This document shows, piece by piece, positions 1 through 5,645 of a stretch of DNA of 64,000 bases. Position 1 is the stretch's first letter; the number at the start of each line of letters is the position of its first letter. The notes under the pieces were generated by a model. It saw only the letters and a program-made list of their open reading frames with translations, had not been told where the DNA came from and did not search any database. A program made the translations under genes and the position numbers. This DNA comes from a virus: the IMG/VR virus record IMGVR_UViG_3300037755_000476; one strand, given 5' to 3'.

Positions 1-299
1 AAGGGCTTTGCCCCCTTCCCTGCGGAATTACAGGATAATTAAAGGTTTTAACGCCTTCCATACCTATAGAGTTTATAACGCTTGTTTGCGCTAGGTAAGA
101 TTGCAGTATTTCAATGAACTTGTATTGATTCGTCCAACACTTGCGATTTTGCTCGGTGTTATGCAGACCCTAGCGGTTACTTGTACATGACCTACTTTAT
201 TCGGGTTGCACTTTCACGTTATGCTAGCTATACACATACGCCTGTTTTATAATATCGCTTGTAAAGAACGTGTTGTACAGCGATTCGCCAACAACACCC

Positions 300-307
300 C
301 AAACATA
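300..307 (-). promoter_or_regulatory. Bacteroidota -7 promoter box (TATGTTTG), pointing out of the window
   Basis: Reverse complement of caaacata matches TAnnTTTG. Confidence 0.5.
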
Positions 308-984
308 CGGCAACTTTCCCGAAAAACAATAAAAAAATCGATGAAATGCAGGAAAATCCGATGAAATGTAGTCAAAGGGCGACTTAAGGATGCATGATGC
401 GGGAGCGGGCGGGCGTGGTAATATACTCCCGTGTACAGGCTGGGATACTACTTACGTGCGTATGCGGGAATATAGCCACGATAGGGGCAGGTCATGGCGT
501 TGGTAGATTGTGCCGGGGTGGGTCAAGGCCATCATAGACAGAATCTATAGCAGCAATAACTGCCCATAGACAAAACACATAGAAGGGCAATTTCCTACCC
601 TAATAAAGTTAGTTAAATACCTGTTTAACACACTTTACTTATACATAAACAAGCTATAAAAAACTGGCACAAGGATACACAAGGTATTCGTATAAGCTAT
701 TGGAACACAGATAGTTAGGCCATAGAAAAGCTAAAACTTTTGACAGAAAAATATCAGAACGTACCCCCGCCCCCTCGCAGAAATTCGATTTCCTTTTCGG
801 CCGCGAGCCCTTAAAATATACTATGACTTAAAGCGGTTTAAGCGAAATATCTCTGTGAATTTTTGAAAAATCATGCAAGTTTTAACATTCTTTAACAATG
901 ACGGATTTTATACCGAATTTTTGACCTAAAAATAGACCCAAAAACAGTTCTATTTTAATCTTTTTAAAAATAATTTGATATGAG

Positions 985-1020
985 TTTGGTTTGTATTATA
1001 ATTTTACTTATATTTGTACC
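985..1020 (+). promoter_or_regulatory. Bacteroidota sigmaA promoter for tRNA block 1 (36-bp element identical to 5001-5036)
   Basis: TTTG 985-988, 20-nt spacer, TATATTTG 1009-1016; exact copy at 5001-5036. Confidence 0.85.
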
Positions 1021-1046
1021 TGAACGATTAAAAAGAAACATTTTCA

Positions 1047-1127
1047 ATGTACTCAACAGTCATCATAGCGACAGTAATCAGAACCGGAGGTAAGGATAAA
1101 CCCTCGGGGAGGATTTTTATGCTGTAA
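1047..1127 (+). CDS. Leader peptide 1 (MYSTVIIATVIRTGGKDKPSGRIFML), putative attenuator
   Basis: 26-aa ORF between promoter and terminator; codons ACA, GTA, ATC, ATA, AGA, GGA, GAT, ATG match block 1 tRNAs. Confidence 0.8.
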   Translation: MYSTVIIATVIRTGGKDKPSGRIFML

Positions 1128-1153
1128 TGTCGATAGTACATTAAATTACACAT

Positions 1154-1186
1154 AAACCTTCTCCCTAAAAAGAGAGGGTTTTTTAT
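1154..1186 (+). terminator. Intrinsic terminator/attenuator 1
   Basis: Stem aaaccttctc/gagagggttt followed by a T run. Confidence 0.85.
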
Positions 1187-1276
1187 TGGCCTGTTAGTCT
1201 AGCTGACGAAAACTTGCCTAATAATAAGCCTTCCAACTAATAATCGCTATTATAAGCAGATTTAAGAGTACAATAT

Positions 1277-1450
1277 ATGAGCAGAACGTACAGAAAAAGT
1301 AGAAACGGCTTAAAATTTAGAGAAGGAAGGTATGTCGAAGGAGTTTTTTATAAGTGCCGGTGTGAATATTGTACTGGAATAGATAAGAAGATTCTTGAGG
1401 ATAAAATCCTTGACAAGGAAATGAAACAGGAGTGTAGCTTAATTGGTTAA
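1277..1450 (+). CDS. Small basic protein with CxCxxC (MSRTYRK..., 57 aa)
   Basis: Manually translated ORF; 3' end overlaps tRNA-Ile. Confidence 0.5.
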   Translation: MSRTYRKSRNGLKFREGRYVEGVFYKCRCEYCTGIDKKILEDKILDKEMKQECSLIG

Positions 1451-1501
1451 AGTACTCAGCTGATACCTGAGTGAGTGCAAGTTCGAATCTTGCCACTCCT
1501 A
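1428..1501 (+). tRNA. tRNA-Ile(GAU)
   Basis: Cloverleaf; anticodon arm ctcag-ctGATac-ctgag; TTCGAAT T-loop. Confidence 0.92.
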
Positions 1502-1507
1502 CATAAT

Positions 1508-1586
1508 GCAGAATTCGCATAGTCCGGTCGATTGCGCCTACCTTCCGAGCAGGATATCATCGTGGGTTCAAATCCCACATTCTGCT
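1508..1586 (+). tRNA. tRNA-Gly(UCC)
   Basis: Acceptor gcagaat/attctgc; loop ctTCCga; U73. Confidence 0.88.
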
Positions 1587-1599
1587 CTAATTAAAACAC

Positions 1600-1673
1600 T
1601 GCGGGGTGGACTGGAGAGGCTCCAGCTCAGTCTCATAAGCTGAATGACGTGGGTTCGATTCCCACTCCCGCAA
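1600..1673 (+). tRNA. tRNA with CAU anticodon (elongator Met or Ile2)
   Basis: tcagt-ctCATaa-gctga; lacks the three G-C pairs typical of initiator tRNA. Confidence 0.85.
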
Positions 1674-1690
1674 CTAACAAAACATTAAAT

Positions 1691-2053
1691 ATGAGTGAAA
1701 TAGAAGAAGAGTTAAGAGAATGTAAAACACACGGCCTTGTTTTATATAAAAAATATAGCGAAAGCGAAAATAAAAACGAGTATTCTTTCCGTTGTATGAA
1801 ATGTAGGTCTGAGTATTTAAAGAAAAAATATCAAGAGAGAAAGAAAAGAGCAATTGACTATAAAGGAGGAAAATGTTGTAAATGCGGATATAATAAATGC
1901 GACGCCGCTTTAGAGTTTCATCACTTAGACCCCTTTTCTAAAGACATAACGCCCTCAAAAACTTTAAATAGAAGTTGGGACAACTGTAAAAAAGAGTTAG
2001 ATAAATGTATATTAGTTTGCTCTAATTGTCACAGGGAAATACATAATAGATAG
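1691..2053 (+). CDS. HNH endonuclease with Zn fingers inside tRNA block 1
   Basis: CxxC pairs, LEFHH, CxNCHxEIH; ATG at 1691 (the longer ORF call overlaps a tRNA). Confidence 0.88.
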   Translation: MSEIEEELRECKTHGLVLYKKYSESENKNEYSFRCMKCRSEYLKKKYQERKKRAIDYKGGKCCKCGYNKCDAALEFHHLDPFSKDITPSKTLNRSWDNCKKELDKCILVCSNCHREIHNR

Positions 2054-2118
2054 TGTAGCTTAAAGGTAAAGTGCTTGTCTGTCACACAAGAGAACGGGGG
2101 TCAGTACCCCTACTAGCT
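2049..2118 (+). tRNA. tRNA-Asp(GUC), degenerate
   Basis: cttgt-ctGTCac-acaag; aberrant T-loop (gtcagta), acceptor mismatch; overlaps the HNH stop codon. Confidence 0.65.
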
Positions 2119-2163
2119 GCGAGTTTTTTGGAAGTGCTCTGAACTATATCAAAACTTCCGCAT

Positions 2164-2237
2164 GCTTCTCTGGCTGAATAGGAAATGGCACCTCACTTGT
2201 AATGAGGAGGATACGGGTTCGATTCCTGTGGGGAGCT
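2164..2237 (+). tRNA. tRNA-Thr(UGU)
   Basis: cctca-ctTGTaa-tgagg; TTCGATT T-loop. Confidence 0.92.
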
Positions 2238-2238
2238 C

Positions 2239-2343
2239 AACAGTACCTGAGGCACCTCTCTTTAAGAAGTGTCCCAGCTCAGGTCTTTTGTTTTAACAGT
2301 ACCCGAGCCACCTCTAGTCAGTATCTAAGTGCCCGGGTCTTTT
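2239..2343 (+). ncRNA. Two tandem copies of an unknown hairpin RNA motif (2239-2289, 2295-2343)
   Basis: Shared AACAGTACCYGAGSCACCTCT..AAGTG..GGTCTTTT with compensatory stem changes. Confidence 0.55.
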
Positions 2344-2399
2344 CCAAGGGAGTCAACTACGTGCGTTTTAAAACACAAGCTTAAAGGGCTCCCTTTTTT

Positions 2400-2472
2400 G
2401 CCCCTTTCGTCTAGCGGCTAAGGCTCTTGTTTTACATGCAAGCAATCGTAGGTTCGAGTCCTACAGGGGGTA
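2400..2472 (+). tRNA. tRNA-Val(UAC), irregular anticodon loop
   Basis: gcccctt/agggggt acceptor; cttg-ttTACatg-caag (8-nt loop); TTCGAGT T-loop. Confidence 0.75.
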
Positions 2473-2481
2473 CTAAAATAT

Positions 2482-2561
2482 GCAGGGGTAGCCACAGCAA
2501 TCTTCTAAATTGCTAAGTGTAATCGGAGCTGAAAATGTGGGTTCGAATCCCCCTCCCTGTT
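2482..2561 (+). tRNA. D-armless tRNA-Arg(UCU)-like RNA with long variable region
   Basis: gcagggg/tccctgt acceptor; only 7 nt before a 6-bp stem agcaat-ctTCTaa-attgct; 22-nt variable region; TTCGAAT T-loop. Confidence 0.65.
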
Positions 2562-2566
2562 CAAAT

Positions 2567-2636
2567 TGGGGTAAGCCTAGGTAGGTTAGCGGACCTTATA
2601 TGTCCGTGGGGACGGGTTCGATTCCCTCTACCCCAA
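2567..2636 (+). tRNA. tRNA-Ile(UAU)-like RNA with minimal D-arm
   Basis: tggggta/tacccca acceptor; cggac-ctTATat-gtccg; bulged T-stem. Confidence 0.6.
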
Positions 2637-2640
2637 CAAA

Positions 2641-2672
2641 TTTGGTAGTTACAAAAGAATTTCGTATCTTTG
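2641..2672 (+). promoter_or_regulatory. Bacteroidota promoter
   Basis: TTTG...TATCTTTG, 3 nt before ATG 2676. Confidence 0.75.
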
Positions 2673-2675
2673 ACC

Positions 2676-2960
2676 ATGACGGATTTTATACCTAAAAAGA
2701 CCCAACAGGAGATACACGAAATCAACTTCCAGAACGCCGAGGAGCTGTTACTGTACCACAAGTACCTGTACTACGAGCTCTCCAAGCCGATGGTAACCGA
2801 CCAACACTTCGACCAGCTCGACCAATATGCAAGAAGACTTTCCCAGTACGTATGCCCCAAGCGCTTTCCACCGGAGGAATACGTACACGAGACAATGGTC
2901 GGCTTTGATAAAAATCACCGGTTGTGGCCGAAAGTGAAAGAGAGATTTGGAATAAAATAA
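2676..2960 (+). CDS. Stand-alone NAD-dependent DNA ligase domain Ia-like protein
   Basis: HKYLYYELSKPMVTDQHFDQL resembles the LigA Ia motif (H-YY...P-ISD-EYD-L); no ligase core follows. Confidence 0.65.
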   Translation: MTDFIPKKTQQEIHEINFQNAEELLLYHKYLYYELSKPMVTDQHFDQLDQYARRLSQYVCPKRFPPEEYVHETMVGFDKNHRLWPKVKERFGIK

Positions 2961-2976
2961 AAAAATTGTATAAAAG

Positions 2977-3007
2977 TTTGTAGGTATCAAAAAAAGTTGT
3001 ATATTAG
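2977..3007 (+). promoter_or_regulatory. Promoter for tRNA block 2
   Basis: TTTG 2977-2980, 19-nt spacer, TATATTAG (variant -7 box). Confidence 0.7.
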
Positions 3008-3011
3008 CAGC

Positions 3012-3101
3012 ATGAAAACATTAAGCACATATAATTCCTTTTGGTATTCGAATTGCTCCGGCAATGTTGAAGGGGATTCCTATGTCTACAAACTCATATA
3101 A
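3012..3101 (+). CDS. Leader peptide 2 (MKTLSTYNSFWYSNCSGNVEGDSYVYKLI), putative attenuator
   Basis: 29-aa ORF; core NSFWYSNCS matches block 2 tRNAs (Ser x2, Asn, Trp, Phe, Cys). Confidence 0.82.
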   Translation: MKTLSTYNSFWYSNCSGNVEGDSYVYKLI

Positions 3102-3131
3102 CTATTTTCGTTTTTTGATTTTGATTCATTT

Positions 3132-3161
3132 AACCCTTCGTCTCCAAACGAGGGGTTTTTT
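3132..3161 (+). terminator. Intrinsic terminator/attenuator 2
   Basis: Stem aacccttcg/cgaggggtt plus T run. Confidence 0.88.
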
Positions 3162-3171
3162 GTTTTTATAC

Positions 3172-3255
3172 TGCAACGTAAAGCCAGTGGTTCTGGCAGA
3201 CTGTCTCTAAAACAGTTATTGTAAAAGGGGAGTGGTTCGATTCCGCACGGTGCAA
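3172..3255 (+). tRNA. Amber suppressor tRNA (anticodon CUA), type II-like
   Basis: actgt-ctCTAaa-acagt (anticodon 3207-3209); D-stem gccag/ctggc; long variable region; A73. Confidence 0.8.
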
Positions 3256-3259
3256 CAAT

Positions 3260-3344
3260 TAGTGGGTAGCGCAAAGGTTGCGAACGGGATTTGAACCCCC
3301 GGCTATCGGGTGACTGGTAAGGGTTCGATTCCTTTACCCACTAC
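3260..3344 (+). tRNA. tRNA-Ser(UGA)
   Basis: Loop ttTGAac; paired long variable arm; acceptor+T helix can be 13 bp. Confidence 0.75.
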
Positions 3345-3348
3345 AAAC

Positions 3349-3435
3349 AGAGGGGTGGCAGAGAGGCTTATTGCAGCAGGTTGCTAACTTGCCGAGGTAT
3401 AAACACTTCCGAGGGTTCAAATCCCTTCCCCTCTT
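3349..3435 (+). tRNA. tRNA-Ser(GCU)
   Basis: gcagg-ttGCTaa-cttgc; long variable arm. Confidence 0.92.
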
Positions 3436-3441
3436 CTAAAC

Positions 3442-3527
3442 GACTAGGTTGCCGTAGTGGCCGAACGGTCTGGGCTGTTAACCCAGTGGATAATATCCCA
3501 TCGTAGGTTCGAATCCTACCCTAGTCG
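3442..3527 (+). tRNA. tRNA-Asn(GUU) with long variable arm
   Basis: ctggg-ctGTTaa-cccag; variable arm tggataatatccca; G73. Confidence 0.88.
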
Positions 3528-3535
3528 CTTAAAAT

Positions 3536-3608
3536 GCTTCTCAGCACAATGGTGTGCAGCCGGTCTCCAAAACCGTGCAAGGGCAAGGTTCGATTCCTTG
3601 GGGTCGCG
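3536..3608 (+). tRNA. tRNA-Trp(CCA), mismatched acceptor stem
   Basis: cggt-ctCCAaa-accg; D-stem gcac/gtgc; T-arm intact. Confidence 0.75.
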
Positions 3609-3611
3609 CAG

Positions 3612-3719
3612 ATAAAAACAAGCTTATGCCGTGAAACGGTGTGATGGTCGCTGGATGAAAGCAACGCACTTAATGACCGTGCCCAAAATTGATAAAATTT
3701 CCAGATGCTTGTTTTTTAT
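3612..3719 (+). ncRNA. Unknown structured (possibly pseudoknotted) RNA between tRNA-Trp and tRNA-Phe
   Basis: Closing stem aaaaacaagc/gcttgttttt, GAAA-capped hairpin, ggtc/gacc, gcac/gtgc and ctgga/tccag pairings. Confidence 0.5.
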
Positions 3720-3793
3720 GGGGTTGTAGCTGAGGTGGTAATTAGCGCTGGGCTGAAAACTCAGAGACGGGGGTTCGAATCCCCCCTCCCCCA
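3720..3793 (+). tRNA. tRNA-Phe(GAA)
   Basis: ctggg-ctGAAaa-ctcag; two acceptor mismatches. Confidence 0.82.
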
Positions 3794-3847
3794 CTAAGAG
3801 TTGAAGGGGTATAAAAACAGTTCAACTCTTTTTCGTATATTTGTTAT

Positions 3848-4273
3848 ATGAAAATATGCACAACTTGTAATCAAAGTAAAACACTAGATAATTTTGATTT
3901 TAGAAATAAGGCTAAAAATAAAAGACGAGGCTCTTGTAAAAAGTGTCTTAAAGAGTATTACAGACTAAGGTATAAGAAAGTAGGTAAAGTAAAAGAACAA
4001 ATAAATGCGAGGGGTAAAAGGTGGAGAGAGTATTTATACAAGTTTGTAAATAGATATAAAAGATTGGTTGGGTGCTCTAAGTGTAAAGATAAGAGAGATT
4101 ATGTATTAGAATTTCATCACGTCAGGGATAAGAAAACAGAAATCTGTAGAGCTATATCTAGAGATTTCTCTATGTCTAACCTTAAAGAGGAGATGAGAAA
4201 GTGTGTAGTACTCTGCGCAAATTGCCACAAAGAGCTTCATTATCTAGAACGTTGCGGTACTCAAGAGGATTAG
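3848..4273 (+). CDS. HNH endonuclease with Zn fingers inside tRNA block 2
   Basis: CTTC/CKKC, LEFHH, LCANCHKELH; own TATATTTG promoter at 3836-3843. Confidence 0.88.
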   Translation: MKICTTCNQSKTLDNFDFRNKAKNKRRGSCKKCLKEYYRLRYKKVGKVKEQINARGKRWREYLYKFVNRYKRLVGCSKCKDKRDYVLEFHHVRDKKTEICRAISRDFSMSNLKEEMRKCVVLCANCHKELHYLERCGTQED

Positions 4274-4324
4274 GGGAACTGGCTACAAACTTGTTATTCG
4301 GAGGTTAAAGTCCTGTACGAAATT
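4251..4324 (+). pseudogene. Degenerate tRNA-Cys-like gene (loop ctACAaa)
   Basis: tactcaagagg D-region typical of Cys/Tyr tRNAs; weak acceptor and T stems; overlaps the HNH 3' end. Confidence 0.5.
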
Positions 4325-4395
4325 CTATAGCTTATGCCCCAATTCCATTTAAATTCTTTTTTGTACCTTTACAACTTAACATTAAAAATGTAACA

Positions 4396-4725
4396 ATGGC
4401 AAGAAGAACAACAAAAAACGGGCCGGGGGACAAGGACAAGAAAAAAAAATCCACCTCCAAAGCTAACGACACGATAAGCCCGTACTACGCAGCGGTAAAA
4501 TATGGAAGCTCTCTCGAAAAGAATGCGGCCAAGAAGTCCATGGCAGGATACTTCTCCGGCTCCCCTGCCAACAAAAGAGGAGAGTCCGAGAGCCAGCACA
4601 TGTCCAGAATGGCCAAAAAAGATACTATCCCCAGTGCCAGAAAAGCGAGGGGGGTATATCAGGCAGGTAACTTTGGTCCCAGCATCGGCAAAAAAGCATC
4701 CTCAACCGTAAAAAAGAAAAAGTAA
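4396..4725 (+). CDS. Lys-rich basic protein, unknown function
   Basis: 109-aa ORF with AT-rich upstream region. Confidence 0.65.
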   Translation: MARRTTKNGPGDKDKKKKSTSKANDTISPYYAAVKYGSSLEKNAAKKSMAGYFSGSPANKRGESESQHMSRMAKKDTIPSARKARGVYQAGNFGPSIGKKASSTVKKKK

Positions 4726-4726
4726 T

Positions 4727-4999
4727 ATGAAAAATCTATTCTTAGGACTTGCACTATTGATTTCGTCTATAGTGTTCTCACAGGAGCCCGTTCTGGACAG
4801 CATACAAGTTTTTAAACCTATGCCGGAGCCTGTACTGATAGCCACTATATACGAATACGAAACGTTCTTCGAGAAACTTACAGAAGTGTCCGACAGGACA
4901 GGTGCCAATGAGGTTATCTGCGTATTTTTCTACAAAGAGGATAAAGACTCTCCCCAAAAAACTCTGGTAAAAACTTTTATTAGAAAAAAACAACGATAA
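4727..4999 (+). CDS. Hypothetical exported protein
   Basis: N-terminal signal peptide MKNLFLGLALLISSIVFSQ. Confidence 0.65.
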   Translation: MKNLFLGLALLISSIVFSQEPVLDSIQVFKPMPEPVLIATIYEYETFFEKLTEVSDRTGANEVICVFFYKEDKDSPQKTLVKTFIRKKQR

Positions 5000-5000
5000 A

Positions 5001-5036
5001 TTTGGTTTGTATTATAATTTTACTTATATTTGTACC
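5001..5036 (+). promoter_or_regulatory. Promoter for tRNA block 3 (identical to 985-1020)
   Basis: TTTG...TATATTTG 5025-5032; exact 36-bp repeat. Confidence 0.85.
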
Positions 5037-5039
5037 ATC

Positions 5040-5117
5040 ATGAAAACAACACGATTTGTTGCGGTACGCAACTTACATACACAGCTACTAGAGCAACCGG
5101 AAATAATCGTCTGGTAG
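5040..5117 (+). CDS. Leader peptide 3 (MKTTRFVAVRNLHTQLLEQPEIIVW), putative attenuator
   Basis: 25-aa ORF; core RNLHTQLLEQPE matches block 3 tRNAs (Pro, Glu, Gln, His, Leu-UAG, Arg-ACG). Confidence 0.85.
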   Translation: MKTTRFVAVRNLHTQLLEQPEIIVW

Positions 5118-5159
5118 GGATAGGTATGGTGTGATGTAAGAAACTTATATTATCGTATT

Positions 5160-5194
5160 AAGCCTCCCCGGAAACGTGGGGGCTTTTTTATTTT
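5160..5194 (+). terminator. Intrinsic terminator/attenuator 3
   Basis: aagcctcc..gaaa..gggggctt plus T run, directly before tRNA-Pro. Confidence 0.88.
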
Positions 5195-5268
5195 AGGGGA
5201 GTGACAAAATTGGTGACGTGCCGGCCTTGGAAGCCGGAGATATGTAGGTTCGAGGCCTACCTCCCCTA
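5195..5268 (+). tRNA. tRNA-Pro(UGG)
   Basis: ccggc-ctTGGaa-gccgg. Confidence 0.9.
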
Positions 5269-5316
5269 CAAAGAGACGTTTGGCCGTTTAACTCTTTAAA
5301 AAACAATGGCCCTAAT

Positions 5317-5389
5317 GCTACCATCGTCTAAATGGTCAGGACACAAGACTTTCAATCTTGAAATCGGGTTTCGATTACCCGTGGTAGTA
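5317..5389 (+). tRNA. tRNA-Glu(UUC)
   Basis: caaga-ctTTCaa-tcttg. Confidence 0.92.
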
Positions 5390-5399
5390 CGAATATAAT

Positions 5400-5470
5400 T
5401 GGAGTATGATGTAGTGGTAACATGGTTGGTTTTGAGCCAACTCTCGGAGGTTCGACCCCTTCTGCTCCAA
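5400..5470 (+). tRNA. tRNA-Gln(UUG)
   Basis: gttgg-ttTTGag-ccaac; U1-A72 acceptor. Confidence 0.9.
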
Positions 5471-5477
5471 CTAACAT

Positions 5478-5551
5478 GGTGTCATTGTTGTAAACGGTGA
5501 GCATAGTAGGTTGTGACCTTGCAGGTCTCGGTTCGAATCCGAGGTGACACA
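5478..5551 (+). tRNA. tRNA-His(GUG)
   Basis: gtagg-ttGTGac-cttgc; G-1 encoded. Confidence 0.9.
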
Positions 5552-5558
5552 CATATTT

Positions 5559-5640
5559 ACCGGAGTGACGTAAAAGCGAATGGCAGAGTATCTTGGCTTA
5601 GACCCAAGGGTTTTTGTGGGTTCGAGTCCCACCTCCGGTA
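5559..5640 (+). tRNA. tRNA-Leu(UAG), expanded D-region and short variable loop
   Basis: cttgg-ctTAGac-ccaag; accggag/ctccggt acceptor. Confidence 0.82.
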
Positions 5641-5645
5641 CAAAT

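Noticed and set aside
1187-1262. tmRNA-like tag (tagtcta GCT GAC GAA AAC...) or 5' fragment of a tRNA
   Set aside because: No tRNA-like domain with a G3-U70 acceptor or T-arm; the peptide does not end in a degron; left unexplained
2239-2343. CRISPR mini-array or Racr
   Set aside because: The variable part lies inside the hairpin rather than between repeats; only two copies and no cas genes
2346-2399. Stem aagggag/ctccctt with an inner ttttaaa loop resembling an armless Lys or ochre tRNA
   Set aside because: No D- or T-arm; reads equally well as a terminator-like hairpin
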